This document shows positions 46,041 to 57,034 of a stretch of DNA of 64,000 nucleotides, in pieces. Both the position numbers and the translations under genes were made by a program. The stretch spans positions 186,001-250,000 of the IMG/VR virus record IMGVR_UViG_3300042564_002819; one strand, written 5' to 3'. Positions within the stretch are counted from its first letter, which is position 1; every line of letters starts with the position of its first letter. The notes beneath the pieces are model-generated. The model saw only the letters and a list, made by a program, of their open reading frames with translations. It ran no database searches and had not been told where the DNA came from.

Positions 46041-47292
46041 TATTAAAATCATATTAGAATACGATAGATCTCGAACTGTGCAACGCTTTGGTGATAAAAT
46101 CTCTGCAAGGGCAAAGTCAGAACCTACACTGCGTGGAATAAACCCTGATTCAGTAATAGATACTGTTATGCAGGAAATAGAACAAAGTGATCCTACAGCC
46201 AATAAACAATACGTTGTGTGGATGGCCACACAGTATATAAAAGGACAACTAAAGTTTGAAGACATCTACAAACTCAAAGCGGACCTAACACAGTTTTCTG
46301 ATCCTAAGTTTAGATCAGAAATGAAACGTAGAAACATCACAGCCGACATCAATCAGTATACTCCTAGAGGATTAGCGGATCTTGTTACAAAACTATCCTC
46401 TACAGATATTGCACAACCAGATGACACTGACACCGCAGTCGAAGGTGCAAAAGTATTGTATGATGGACCGTTGGGCAAGCTGGTCATTCCGGAAACTGAA
46501 GCGGCCAGTTGTGCTTTGGGTAGCGGAACTCGTTGGTGCACCGCAGCAGACAAAAACAACATGTTCAATACCTACAGCAGTCAAGGTCCGTTGTACATTT
46601 GGTTTGAACGTAAGAATAAAAGCATTGGCAAGAAGTTTCAGTTTCATTTTGAAAGTGGCCAGTTTATGGACGCACAGGATTCACCTATCAGTGGGGAAAT
46701 ATTAGATTACTTTGCTAATCAGAATCCGGTAACTGCTAAACTGTTCAAGCAAAAGAATCCGCAGATGTATGAGTTGGTGCAGGATTGGGCTGACTATCAA
46801 GAGCGTGAACCAGATGATGATGGCGATCGTCCGTACGACGACGCACTGGAAGATCTAGAAGTAGAAAATTTCATTCCAATGCTAACAGACGAACAGTTGT
46901 TGGCACTGTTGAAAAAATATCGTTACGTTACTGATCTAAGAAAAATGGTATTGCGTGTAATTGACAGCAGCAGGCCTGCATTATCAATGGAATTGAGTAC
47001 AAAATCTCCTGCCTCGGCATATGACTACGCAAAACGCAATCCTGGAAAGGTTTCGGATGAACACATTAAGCTGATAGCCAGCGATCCGAAAACTGCTTAT
47101 TTCTATGCACAGTACGAACTCAAAGGGCCTTTTCCTGAGGGCGAAGCTGCTATTGCAACAGAACCTTCTTACTCATTCTATTATGCAGATAAGGTATTGA
47201 ATGGCAGATTCCCTGCAGGAGAACCAGCAATGAAGACTAGACCCGAGACTTGGAATCAATATCAAAAGTATATTGCTAAGTCTGGTTCTTAG
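46027..47292 (+). CDS. probable internal virion protein (G.GTRWCTA domain plus AY.YA..L.G.FP.GE repeats)
   Basis: Motifs visible in translation; MRYNDI N-terminus. Confidence 0.55.
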   Translation: MRYNDIKIILEYDRSRTVQRFGDKISARAKSEPTLRGINPDSVIDTVMQEIEQSDPTANKQYVVWMATQYIKGQLKFEDIYKLKADLTQFSDPKFRSEMKRRNITADINQYTPRGLADLVTKLSSTDIAQPDDTDTAVEGAKVLYDGPLGKLVIPETEAASCALGSGTRWCTAADKNNMFNTYSSQGPLYIWFERKNKSIGKKFQFHFESGQFMDAQDSPISGEILDYFANQNPVTAKLFKQKNPQMYELVQDWADYQEREPDDDGDRPYDDALEDLEVENFIPMLTDEQLLALLKKYRYVTDLRKMVLRVIDSSRPALSMELSTKSPASAYDYAKRNPGKVSDEHIKLIASDPKTAYFYAQYELKGPFPEGEAAIATEPSYSFYYADKVLNGRFPAGEPAMKTRPETWNQYQKYIAKSGS

Positions 47293-47623
47293 GACTTAAT
47301 GGAAGTATTCCTGAGCTAGCTCTGTTAATAAGATCATAGTAGGATTGTTTTAGAGGAATACCGGCTGCATCTAAGTGATAGGCAGCTTCTTTAAGTGCAG
47401 CTAGCAGTTCTGGAGCACAAGCTATTAATTTTATATTGGCTTCTTGGTATTCGTTGGACAGCACGGGTTTGATATTGCTGTCACGCAATATTCCGGGCAT
47501 AACAGAAGTTGAATCCACAGTTAGTCGAGGATATGCCAATGGTATTACTGCAACCAAGTATCCTTCTCTGTCTACTATTACTCCGTTTTCTTGATCAATA
47601 ATAGTCCATGGCAACGGACTCAT
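47276..47623 (-). CDS. phage protein (P.PW...AN..LIA.APELL.AL family)
   Basis: Common phage motif. Confidence 0.5.
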   Translation of the reverse strand: MSPLPWTIIDQENGVIVDREGYLVAVIPLAYPRLTVDSTSVMPGILRDSNIKPVLSNEYQEANIKLIACAPELLAALKEAAYHLDAAGIPLKQSYYDLINRASSGILPLSPKNQT

Positions 47624-47696
47624 AGTATTGTTCTGAATAAAAAACATACAATATTTATAGCGATAAATATGTGTACTCAACAAAGGAGATCTTATC

Positions 47697-47909
47697 ATGA
47701 GCACACTTAATCGCATCACAGTAGACCTTGAACTTGGACAAACAATTCTAGTAGGACCAAACAACAAGCCTGCACAGATTACTAAGATTGAATATCATCC
47801 AAAGTCTGGCGAGATCTCCCTTAACACAACTCGCGGACCCCGCAATGCTTTAACTTTTAAATTGCCCCTGGCTGAAGAGCTCGAAGACCCTGCGGATCGA
47901 TTTAGATAA
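47697..47909 (+). CDS. hypothetical protein
   Basis: GATAAATA promoter; AAGGAG SD. Confidence 0.6.
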   Translation: MSTLNRITVDLELGQTILVGPNNKPAQITKIEYHPKSGEISLNTTRGPRNALTFKLPLAEELEDPADRFR

Positions 47910-47921
47910 GGTAAATACACT

Positions 47922-48167
47922 ATGAGAGTAGATGAAGTATTAACCCGTGAAGATGACGTAGAAGAATGGAAAGCCAGTAAAGAGCTTTGCAAATCTAGTC
48001 GTGGAAACAACTCTTTGGGTGCTTCAGCTTTGGCCAGCTGTAAGTCGCAAGGATATCGAAGACGAGATAGCAAAGTTAAACATACCATTGGTAAAAAGCG
48101 TCAGAATATATCCGGGCGAAAAATAAAAGGCAAAGCCTATGGCGGTCCGCTGCCTGACTGGAGTTAA
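47922..48167 (+). CDS. small basic late protein
   Basis: GTAAATA 4 nt before ATG; MRVDEV N-terminus. Confidence 0.6.
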   Translation: MRVDEVLTREDDVEEWKASKELCKSSRGNNSLGASALASCKSQGYRRRDSKVKHTIGKKRQNISGRKIKGKAYGGPLPDWS

Positions 48168-48169
48168 CT

Positions 48170-48697
48170 GTGAGCCGGGTCGGAAAATTCTTAATAACAC
48201 GGCCCACAGTTGATTTAGGATTTTTTAAACAGCAGGTTATATTGCTGTATGAAGAAACTCAAGCTGGTACTGCTGGTGTTTGCCTAACTTACCCTACTCA
48301 TCTTTGTTTAAAAGATATAGCATTGCAAATGGGAGTTGACTATCCTACAAAGCTTCATCCGATTTACAAAGGTGGTCCGATTGCTCAGTCATCGATAGTA
48401 ATGATTCACACAGATGAATTTATTACTGCTAACACTTTGCATACAGGTAAGGGTATAGACATATCATCAGACGACCTAATGATTCTAAAACTTTTGGAAG
48501 GCAACGAGCCAAAAAAGTTTAGATTGATTGCAGGAGGATGTCGATGGTTACCAGGACAGCTTGATCGAGAAATTGAAAGAGGATTTTGGTTAGTATCTAA
48601 TTTAAAAAAAGAAATAGCATTTGACTTAGATAAAGAACAACAGTGGAAGGCCGCAATCGAACATGCAAGTAGTGAGTTGGTTGCACAGTATTTTTAG
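48170..48697 (+). CDS. YqgE/AlgH (DUF179) family protein
   Basis: F...VILL, G..G..L, GGP, G...W..GQL..EI..G.W. Confidence 0.8.
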   Translation: MSRVGKFLITRPTVDLGFFKQQVILLYEETQAGTAGVCLTYPTHLCLKDIALQMGVDYPTKLHPIYKGGPIAQSSIVMIHTDEFITANTLHTGKGIDISSDDLMILKLLEGNEPKKFRLIAGGCRWLPGQLDREIERGFWLVSNLKKEIAFDLDKEQQWKAAIEHASSELVAQYF

Positions 48698-48705
48698 AGG
48701 TAATT

Positions 48706-49056
48706 ATGAAAAAAACAATAGCAGCACTACTAATAGCAACATCACCTGCACTAGCCCAAGAAGAAGAAAATCCATTTGGCACTGTACTGGAAGTACATGT
48801 TAAAGGATATTGTGCAACCAAGGGCGTGGGATATCTAAATGAAAGAAAGATATCTTACGGGGAAACACCTTTATTTTATGCAAATGGTGCATCAATTTTA
48901 GTCAACGAAGACAATTCAACGGTTGACTCACCCGGTACTCTCATAGTATTATCTAACCAAAGCACAGGAACAATGAGTGTTGCTATGCTTTACCCAGATG
49001 GAGTAGCTTGTGAGATATTAACTGGAATAGATTTCACACCGTACATAGAAAAATGA
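48706..49056 (+). CDS. secreted hypothetical protein
   Basis: Signal peptide ALA; two Cys. Confidence 0.55.
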   Translation: MKKTIAALLIATSPALAQEEENPFGTVLEVHVKGYCATKGVGYLNERKISYGETPLFYANGASILVNEDNSTVDSPGTLIVLSNQSTGTMSVAMLYPDGVACEILTGIDFTPYIEK

Positions 49057-49075
49057 AATAGAAAGAACTTAAAAA

Positions 49076-49606
49076 ATGTCAGACACATTGCTTATTAACG
49101 CAGACGGCCAGCCAGTTAGTCTAGTGCCTCTAAGTGCGGTAAGCTGGAAAGAAGCAATCCTATATATGTACCACGACAAGTGCGATGTATTGGAATGGTA
49201 CGACGATTGGGTTGTGCATTCGGCTAATTGGGAAACAAAAGTCCCGGCGGTAATCATGCTACGTGATTACCTACGCAGAAACACATCACCACGCTTCTCG
49301 AAGAGCAATGTGTATCTGCGTGACCTTTATACTTGCCAATACTGCAATACTAAAGTGACCAACAAGACTGCAACCATGGACCACGTAATTCCTTTGAGTC
49401 GTGGCGGAAAAACCAGTTGGGAAAATATTATCACAGCTTGTGCTCCGTGCAACAGTCGCAAAGCTAACTTTAGTCGCATGAAGCCTAACTACAAGCCGTA
49501 TCAACCGGGCTACTACGAATTAGTTCGCAAGCGTAAGCAAATGCCATTTGATGTCAAGCACGAAAGCTGGTATCAATGGTTAGGGCTTGATGACGTAATA
49601 GCGTAG
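49076..49606 (+). CDS. HNH endonuclease
   Basis: RD.Y.CQYC, DHVIP.SRGG...WEN...AC..CN..K. Confidence 0.9.
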   Translation: MSDTLLINADGQPVSLVPLSAVSWKEAILYMYHDKCDVLEWYDDWVVHSANWETKVPAVIMLRDYLRRNTSPRFSKSNVYLRDLYTCQYCNTKVTNKTATMDHVIPLSRGGKTSWENIITACAPCNSRKANFSRMKPNYKPYQPGYYELVRKRKQMPFDVKHESWYQWLGLDDVIA

Positions 49607-49608
49607 AA

Positions 49609-50019
49609 TCAACGCATCCAGGCAACACGCTTGCCGGATGCAACTCTACGATCATATTCTTCAGCTGACGACGGAAATCTCCAAGCCCAAATAGCTACCA
49701 ACGCTAAGAATATACCTGAATAAATTACAGCCTTGATGTTCCCTGTTGATAGCCAAGTTATCAACAGGGTGCTTCCCATTGTGACCAACATAAAGTATTT
49801 TAATTTCTGCGGGAATATTCTTTTTTCTTCCCATCCTCGCAGGAATGGTCCAAACAGTTTATGACTGTATATCCAACGATGCATACGATCACTGCTACGA
49901 GCAAAACAATATGCAGCACCAACAGCAGGTGTACTCCAAGGAATGCCGGGTGTAACCACACCAATATATGCAATTCCTAGTAATAATATCCCTAGACTAA
50001 ACCACAGTGTTTTTTTCAT
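49609..50019 (-). CDS. YbaN/DUF454 family membrane protein
   Basis: G.IG..PG.P.TP....AAYCFARSS.R...W...H..FGP. Confidence 0.8.
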   Translation of the reverse strand: MKKTLWFSLGILLLGIAYIGVVTPGIPWSTPAVGAAYCFARSSDRMHRWIYSHKLFGPFLRGWEEKRIFPQKLKYFMLVTMGSTLLITWLSTGNIKAVIYSGIFLALVAIWAWRFPSSAEEYDRRVASGKRVAWMR

Positions 50020-50201
50020 TGTTATTTTTTTCTTTTCGATGAACTGTGGTATCGTAATAATCAAATACACCGTAAACTGTGTATATTCTAATAATGCCCA
50101 TCTCAGCAAAAGATTCTTCTGCTAAAATCCAATCATTCCAACATTCTTTAATAAATTTCCACATACTGTATTTAACATAAATAATTCATAGGAGAGTTGT
50201 T

Positions 50202-50432
50202 ATGGAAGATGATGTAATCAAGGTTAATGTTGCACTTTTTATGCGTTTGTTAGAGCTTGCTAGAGAAGATGTCAAAGATGATATGAGTTTGCATTTTGTT
50301 ACTGAAATAGTCACACGACTCAGTCAAGACCGTGTTGTAACCATGGATGATTATGATAACATTCTTGCTTACATGAACAAGAATAAAAAGAGTGATGAAT
50401 TAGAGACTATCAAGCGACTAGGCGGAATATAA
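50202..50432 (+). CDS. hypothetical late protein
   Basis: ATAAATA; AGGAG SD. Confidence 0.6.
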   Translation: MEDDVIKVNVALFMRLLELAREDVKDDMSLHFVTEIVTRLSQDRVVTMDDYDNILAYMNKNKKSDELETIKRLGGI

Positions 50433-50737
50433 TGAGAGCAACTGATGTAATTAGAAGTGTATTAGATTTAATTGATCAAATGGATACAGGTAGTGGTCAT
50501 CGTCAGAACCCTCCCGAACTGTTACCCACATACAACGATGATGGAGAATTGGTATCTCGATTCCGTCAAATATATCAAATACTGGACAATCGAGATTCAC
50601 CAACACAGTACAGCAATACACCTAATGAGGTTGTAACTGATGTTGCTAGTGTAACAACTGATGTAGGCGGCGGTCCTAACGGTATCAAACATCCAGATGA
50701 TATACGTGTTAAAGATCCACAAGGATACAGACAATGA
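50432..50737 (+). CDS. hypothetical late protein
   Basis: Coupled ORF; MRATDV N-terminus. Confidence 0.6.
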   Translation: MRATDVIRSVLDLIDQMDTGSGHRQNPPELLPTYNDDGELVSRFRQIYQILDNRDSPTQYSNTPNEVVTDVASVTTDVGGGPNGIKHPDDIRVKDPQGYRQ

Positions 50738-51654
50738 GTGCAAACGGAATTAGCAATCTTGCAACAAAAGAACTAAGACAAAAAGCCAAACTTGAATTAG
50801 CTGCCGTTGAACGTGCTGCTGACGGTCGTAGATCAGTCTATGATTTATCCGAATTGCCTACAAAATATGTTGGAAACACTGTGGTAAACAATCTCAACAG
50901 TGGCGGACTAGTACTAGGACGTCCTTGGAGTTCTACTGAAACTCCTAACTTGTTCTCAGGGTTGGCCATATGGTATGACACAGCTACAGCATCAACTATC
51001 AACGGTGGTACATTCTCAGATGGCACTACTGTTACCGCATTAACCAACAGAGCAACTGGTACAAATGGTGCTGGAGGTGGTACTGGACGAGAGCCAACAG
51101 TGCAGAATGGTGTGGGTGATACACTCAACGGTTATCCTGTGATTAGATTTGCCACAGCCACTACATACGATAATATTAGATTTACCACCAATGCCTTTGA
51201 CAATGCCACAGGATGGACTGTGGTTATGTTAGCAAAAACAGTTATCACAGGGGGATTCAACCCTGCCTTGTTTATGATAACTGATTCTTCACAAGTCAGT
51301 ATAACTGGAGTTAGATATTTTGGCGGCAGTCAATTTATATTCTATACCCCTGCGGGATCAGCCAATGTAGCCAGCAGTATAGATCCAGACGGCACTTGGA
51401 AGATTATCACAATGCGTTACGATAGCACAGCAGCCGTGGCCAGTAGATGTACGTTTAGATGGGCTAAGGTAGCAAGAACTGTGACCAACGGTGGCACACC
51501 ACCAAGTGGAACTGTTCCGGCCACAGCGACCTATGTTGAAACTATGAGTGCATTTGACGGCGACCTTGCAGAACAAGTAGCTTACAACCGTGCGTTGTCA
51601 GACGCAGAAATCACAGCCCTAGAAGACTACCTCAGCAGCAAATGGGGAGTATAA
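50734..51654 (+). CDS. virion protein with LamG/lectin-like C-terminal domain
   Basis: L..WYD, NG.P.IRF, F.GDLAE...YNRALS..EI..LE.YL..KWG. Confidence 0.6.
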   Translation: MSANGISNLATKELRQKAKLELAAVERAADGRRSVYDLSELPTKYVGNTVVNNLNSGGLVLGRPWSSTETPNLFSGLAIWYDTATASTINGGTFSDGTTVTALTNRATGTNGAGGGTGREPTVQNGVGDTLNGYPVIRFATATTYDNIRFTTNAFDNATGWTVVMLAKTVITGGFNPALFMITDSSQVSITGVRYFGGSQFIFYTPAGSANVASSIDPDGTWKIITMRYDSTAAVASRCTFRWAKVARTVTNGGTPPSGTVPATATYVETMSAFDGDLAEQVAYNRALSDAEITALEDYLSSKWGV

Positions 51655-51657
51655 CCT

Positions 51658-53502
51658 GTGCCTAATTTAAATCCCAACAGCACCAACTACGTTCACAGTT
51701 ACGAGCCAAACACCAATGACCTTACCATGGCCATGGACTACAACACCAACGGCGAACCAGTCATACGCACCATTGTCGAAGGTGTTACCATTGAAGGTGA
51801 TGTTACTGTAGACAAAGTTAGACTGTGGGACGGCACCAACGATCTGTTCTTTGATTCAACAGTCAACGACGGAGAATCATCTCCTACCGCGGTATTGCCC
51901 ACAGAAAGTCACAGCATGGTTTACAACGGTTCGACTTGGGACCGCTTGCGTGGCAATATCACAGATGGTGTACTTACACAGATCAGCAACGATTACCTAG
52001 CCATCAGCAAAGACACCAATGCCAACAGCGACAGCAATCGCATCTTTGTTAATGCTACGGGCACTGTAGAACTAGGTACCACAACACTGGCAGCATTGGA
52101 AACAATCACAGTTAACCAAGGTACCAATCCATGGACTGTAAACGGCAATATCAATGCTACCATCGACGGCGAAGTATCAGTAGCAGGATCCAATCCAGAC
52201 GCATTTGGTCGTGCTAGAATCAGCGAACTGTTTACTCTAGGCGACTACAAACATATCTATGCTGTAGATCCAAACTTCCTTGACGGGTTAGCCAATGGCG
52301 GTTCTGTGACATTTCTTCCTGATCAAGCCGCTTGTGTGTTAGCCACCAGCAGCAACTCTGCTAGTTCTGCCATACACCAAACCAAATTCTATCATCACTA
52401 CCAACCAGGCAAGAGTCAGTTAATCTACAGCAGTTTCAACTTCCGTGCTCCTAATCGCAATGTGACCAAACGCACAGGATACTTTGATGCCAACGACGGT
52501 ATCTATTTTGAACAGGTGGGCAGTGACACAGCAGATGGAAGTACTGTAAGTCCTACTACGCAAACATTGAACTGGGTTATAAGATCTTATGTGGGCGGAA
52601 GTCCTAGCGAAGCAACTTTTAATACAACTGTTAATGGATTGGCCTATGTATATAAACGCCGTGTACCGCAAAGTGAATGGAACGTAGACAAATGTGATGG
52701 CACAGGACCTAGTGGATTTAAATTAGATATTACCAAAACACAGTTAGCCTGGATAGATTTCCAATGGTTGGGTGTAGGCCGTGTTCGTTGCGGATTCGCC
52801 CACCAAGGAGAACTGATCACCGCACACGAATACTATCACGACAATGTTTTGCCCACAGTCTATTTGAGCAATCCTAACCTTCCTGTTCGCTGTGAAATAC
52901 GCAATACTGGAACAACCCCAGGAGGTGCCTTTGATCAGATCTGTGCCACTGTGATGAGTGAAGGCGGCTATGTGGAATCGGGCATTGACTGGAGCGTGTA
53001 TACCGCACCTCGTACTACACCTACTCCAGGACAGACACGTTTTCCTTTGATTGCTATTAGATTGAAAAACACATTTAATGGTTATCCTAATAGATTGAGT
53101 GTGCGTCCTAACAGCCTAGGATTGTATGCTGAAACCAACAGTATCTTATTTGAAGTAGTTAAGTTCCCTAATGCTGCTAGTCTTAGCACCACCGATCCTG
53201 GGGGGCTGGTGTGGACATCGGCAGATGCTGACAGTGGCGTAGAATACTGTGTAAATGCCACAAGTTTCACAGCCGCAAATGGTGATCGATTTGCTTCTGG
53301 ATATGTGCCTAGCGGATCAAGTCAAAACAGTCTAAGTCCGGTGGCTACCGGTACTCTGACTGCGGCAAAGAAAAATATCATCAGTCAAAACATTGACAGC
53401 ACCAATTCTGAAGTATATTGTGTATTAGTCAGCACAGTTAATGCTGGCAATCAAACTACAGCCACAGTGGCCGCAACTATACAGTGGCGAGAGATTTATT
53501 AA
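51658..53502 (+). CDS. virion structural protein (tail or fibre-associated)
   Basis: DAFGR.R.S, YQPGKS, DFQWLGVGRVR.G motifs; T/S/N-rich. Confidence 0.6.
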   Translation: MPNLNPNSTNYVHSYEPNTNDLTMAMDYNTNGEPVIRTIVEGVTIEGDVTVDKVRLWDGTNDLFFDSTVNDGESSPTAVLPTESHSMVYNGSTWDRLRGNITDGVLTQISNDYLAISKDTNANSDSNRIFVNATGTVELGTTTLAALETITVNQGTNPWTVNGNINATIDGEVSVAGSNPDAFGRARISELFTLGDYKHIYAVDPNFLDGLANGGSVTFLPDQAACVLATSSNSASSAIHQTKFYHHYQPGKSQLIYSSFNFRAPNRNVTKRTGYFDANDGIYFEQVGSDTADGSTVSPTTQTLNWVIRSYVGGSPSEATFNTTVNGLAYVYKRRVPQSEWNVDKCDGTGPSGFKLDITKTQLAWIDFQWLGVGRVRCGFAHQGELITAHEYYHDNVLPTVYLSNPNLPVRCEIRNTGTTPGGAFDQICATVMSEGGYVESGIDWSVYTAPRTTPTPGQTRFPLIAIRLKNTFNGYPNRLSVRPNSLGLYAETNSILFEVVKFPNAASLSTTDPGGLVWTSADADSGVEYCVNATSFTAANGDRFASGYVPSGSSQNSLSPVATGTLTAAKKNIISQNIDSTNSEVYCVLVSTVNAGNQTTATVAATIQWREIY

Positions 53503-53517
53503 GAGATAAATAACATT

Positions 53518-53808
53518 ATGCGTATGGACGAGATCACAATAAACATTCCGATTACCATTGATCTAGATGGGGTTAAACCACGTGTGAATGTTGCAGGCAA
53601 GGATGCCAAGGACGATGAAGAACTTGATCAAAATCCTGTGATGATGAATCCACTACAACAAGAACTAGAACTCAAGAAAGCAGAGTTGGGCAAAAAGTCA
53701 CCGGTTATCAATAAAATGATCGATGACGAAACTATAGGCGAAGAACCAGCAGATGATCAAGAAGATAGCATTGCTAATCTAAAAACACTAGCAGGTTTGC
53801 AACGATAA
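53518..53808 (+). CDS. acidic late protein
   Basis: GATAAATA 5 nt before ATG; MRMDEI. Confidence 0.6.
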   Translation: MRMDEITINIPITIDLDGVKPRVNVAGKDAKDDEELDQNPVMMNPLQQELELKKAELGKKSPVINKMIDDETIGEEPADDQEDSIANLKTLAGLQR

Positions 53809-53830
53809 ATACTCTAACTAGGGTATTTAG

Positions 53831-56467
53831 ATGGCATTCACACAAGATTTTCGCACTCAAAGACGCAATTACAATGACGGCGATACTCGCTTAGGCGAAA
53901 AGGATCGTCTGTGGTATGATAGTATTACCAACAGCATACGCATCGGCGACGGCGAAACTCCTGGCGGTGTAGCAGTCGGAGGAGCAGGTGGTAGCAGCTA
54001 CACATTGCCTACTGCAACTACCACAGTCAAAGGTGGTGTTAAAATCGATGGCACCACTATCACAATCAACAACCAAGTTATAAGTGGATTCAGTGGCAGT
54101 TACAACGACCTAACCAACAAGCCCACAATACCCACAAACACCAATCAGTTGACCAACGGTGCTGGATTTATTACCGGTTATACAGAAACTGATCCGGTGT
54201 TTGTAGGACATGCGTCCTACAATATAACCAGCACACAGATAACAAACTGGGATACAGCATATGGGTGGGGTGATCATGCCGGCGCAGGATACTTAACATC
54301 AGTTGGTACAATCAGTTACAACGATTTATCAAACAAACCCACACTATTCTCAGGTAGTTATACTGATTTGTCTAATAAGCCTACACTGTTCTCGGGTAGT
54401 TATAATGACCTAACAGATAAACCTAATCTCAGTAGCACATATCAATTTTCAGTTGCAGGCGACGATTCGACTCAACGACTAATAAGCACAGGCGAAACAG
54501 TTAAATTTATAGGCGCAGGCGGAATCACCACCAGTAGCGATGCAGAAGGTGCTGTTACAATTACCCAGGGTAGCACAGATAACATAATTAAGGTTGCTGG
54601 ATCATTCGGGACTGAAAGCCCATTCAAGTCTGAAGTTGTTGCTGATCTTGCCACTGGTGTTAGAATTAGCACTTGGTGGGGTCTTCCAGCATTTGCTACT
54701 GAAGAACGCTGGCAGTTTGACTATGACGGGATACTAACATTCCCGGACGGTACAGAACAAGCAACCGCCTGGACTGGTACAAGCACCACCCTACAATGGA
54801 CTGCCGCTGAATTTTTCCCAAGTGCCCCTGCACAAACAACTATAACGGCCGGCGATGGTGCTGTTGATATCAATTTAGTAACAGGTATACCTGGTTCATC
54901 AACTTCGGTAAACTGGTCTTTCACTAATCAAGGTACTATTGAGTTCCCAGACAGCACTACACAATACTCTGCCTACACTGGCGATAGTTCTACCACTGAA
55001 GCACTGACTATTGGCACAGGACTGAGTGGAACAAGTTTCAACGGCAGCACCGCAGTTACTATTGCACTGGATGATAACTATGGCGACACAAAGAATCCTT
55101 ATGCCAGCAAGACGGCAAAATATTTCCTAGCTGCACCAAATGCAGACAACGGTGCTCCAACATTCCGTGCTATTGTTGCTTCAGATATACCTACACTAAA
55201 TCAAAACACCACAGGATCTGCCGCAACATTGACTACAGCCCGTGCTATCAATGGCGTAGACTTTGATGGTAGTGCGGCTATTACTATAACAGCCGCCGCA
55301 GGAACACTAACTGGCACAACATTAAACTCAACAGTAGTATCTAGTAGTTTAACCAGTGTAGGTACACTTACATCGTTGACTTCTAGTGGATTAGTAAGAT
55401 TCAACAATGCTGGAGTAGGCGCATCATATAATGCCGCTGGTAACTCTGTTAACATTGGCGGAGTATTAGGTGTCGCTTCAAACATCTATGCTAATGGTAA
55501 CATAGACATTGTTGCCGGTAGTGCTTACTACATAGGTGGTAATACTGTATTGAACGGCAACACATTAGGCAGTAACATTGTTAATAGTAGTTTAACATCA
55601 GTTGGAACACTAACAAGTTTAAGCAGTGGTGCTATCACAACAACAGGTACACTAGCACTAAATGCCAGTGGCGGTATTACTACCAATCAAACTACATTCC
55701 CGTTAGTTAACACAACGGCAACTACAGTAAACTTTGCCGGTGCAGCCACAGCATTGAATATGGGCGCAAGCACTGGTACTACCACAATCAACAATAACTT
55801 GTCAATGGCCAGTGGCAAAACTATAGGTACAACTGCTAGTATCACAAGTAATGCCGCAACAGCGTTCATTGCTGGTACTGCCGCTGAAAGTGGTGTAGCA
55901 TTACAAATGCCGCTTGAAGGTGCTCTACGTAATCTTACTAACGGACTTACTAATATGTATTTCGATGTTAGCACTGGCGGAACAACTCAGGGACAGTTCC
56001 AGTTCCGTAGTAGCAACGCATTCACCAATGTGTTGACTATGAGTCCTACTGCGTTTAATGTTAACACTGGCGCAACTGTAACAGCAAGAACACCTAGTCT
56101 TGGTAGACTGCCATTCAATTCTGCAATCGACACTGAACTAACCATTGATGATATGCGTTTCCGCATCAGCAACCAAGGCGGTATATTTCCGCAGGTTATT
56201 GGCAACGGTTCATCAAGGAATCTTGCCTGGACAGTAGTAGCCGCAAGAAACGGTAGTGCAATTCAACAAACAGGTAGCACCGGTACTATTGTATCAAGCA
56301 GTGCTTGGACTAGTTTATATACTGCTGCCGGCATGGACGCCTCTGGCGATACTTATACAGCTACACTACAGGATAAAGCAGCAGGTCGTATCTATCGTGT
56401 GACATTTATGCGTAGCGACAACGGTACTACAACAGGTTACAATATTATAGCCGAACGTATATTATAA
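53831..56467 (+). CDS. tail fibre protein
   Basis: 878 aa, T/G/S-rich; IGDG.TPGG, FSGSYNDL.NKP repeats, FPD.T.Q, SSLTSVGTLTSL twice. Confidence 0.8.
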   Translation: MAFTQDFRTQRRNYNDGDTRLGEKDRLWYDSITNSIRIGDGETPGGVAVGGAGGSSYTLPTATTTVKGGVKIDGTTITINNQVISGFSGSYNDLTNKPTIPTNTNQLTNGAGFITGYTETDPVFVGHASYNITSTQITNWDTAYGWGDHAGAGYLTSVGTISYNDLSNKPTLFSGSYTDLSNKPTLFSGSYNDLTDKPNLSSTYQFSVAGDDSTQRLISTGETVKFIGAGGITTSSDAEGAVTITQGSTDNIIKVAGSFGTESPFKSEVVADLATGVRISTWWGLPAFATEERWQFDYDGILTFPDGTEQATAWTGTSTTLQWTAAEFFPSAPAQTTITAGDGAVDINLVTGIPGSSTSVNWSFTNQGTIEFPDSTTQYSAYTGDSSTTEALTIGTGLSGTSFNGSTAVTIALDDNYGDTKNPYASKTAKYFLAAPNADNGAPTFRAIVASDIPTLNQNTTGSAATLTTARAINGVDFDGSAAITITAAAGTLTGTTLNSTVVSSSLTSVGTLTSLTSSGLVRFNNAGVGASYNAAGNSVNIGGVLGVASNIYANGNIDIVAGSAYYIGGNTVLNGNTLGSNIVNSSLTSVGTLTSLSSGAITTTGTLALNASGGITTNQTTFPLVNTTATTVNFAGAATALNMGASTGTTTINNNLSMASGKTIGTTASITSNAATAFIAGTAAESGVALQMPLEGALRNLTNGLTNMYFDVSTGGTTQGQFQFRSSNAFTNVLTMSPTAFNVNTGATVTARTPSLGRLPFNSAIDTELTIDDMRFRISNQGGIFPQVIGNGSSRNLAWTVVAARNGSAIQQTGSTGTIVSSSAWTSLYTAAGMDASGDTYTATLQDKAAGRIYRVTFMRSDNGTTTGYNIIAERIL
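54313..54423 (+). repeat. 42-bp (14-aa) coding tandem repeat SY.DL.NKPTLFSG
   Basis: Three units; a fourth related unit near 54090. Confidence 0.8.
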
Positions 56468-56591
56468 GCGGATGCATGATTAGAGGTGCGTAAAACGTTT
56501 AACCCCTGCTAGCATTACACTAACAGGGGCTTTCTATAATATATAATAAACAGGCTATGCCCGGATCTTTAATAATAAGTTTACAGTTTAT

Positions 56592-56903
56592 TTAATCTTT
56601 TTTACCAACATTACCGTTTACAAAGTTGTAGAACTTTTCAGCAGCTTCCAGCACTTGGTCAGCACCAGGTACTTGCGGCATTTCTACTTTGGTTACAACT
56701 TCCTTGCCATCTTTTGAAACACTGGTTTCATACTGGCCCCACTTGGTGTGGTAGTCTTGCCAGACTTGGCTTTGAGCCATTTCAAGGACCTGGGCTCTAA
56801 TTTCATATCCATTTTTATTAAAAGTTACTCGAGGCATTGCTGCCTTTAGTTGTTCGCCGAATGCCTGTGCGGCTTCTTGCATTTGTTTCGCGTAATCGTT
56901 CAT
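56592..56903 (-). CDS. hypothetical protein
   Basis: AGGAG SD; KNGYEIR..VL.MA. Confidence 0.6.
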   Translation of the reverse strand: MNDYAKQMQEAAQAFGEQLKAAMPRVTFNKNGYEIRAQVLEMAQSQVWQDYHTKWGQYETSVSKDGKEVVTKVEMPQVPGADQVLEAAEKFYNFVNGNVGKKD

Positions 56904-57034
56904 TTTGTGTTCTCCTGTATCTGTGTGTTTGTGTTACGTGTTGTTAATGTAACAGAGTATTTACTGTTTGTCAACTGGTTTAGATTCCTTTGTAGGAATC
57001 TTTTCTTCTTCGTTGTAGTATGGTATGTGAGCCA

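Noticed and set aside
49076-49606. Intron-encoded homing endonuclease
   Set aside because: The HNH gene is free-standing with intact neighbours; no split host gene is evident.
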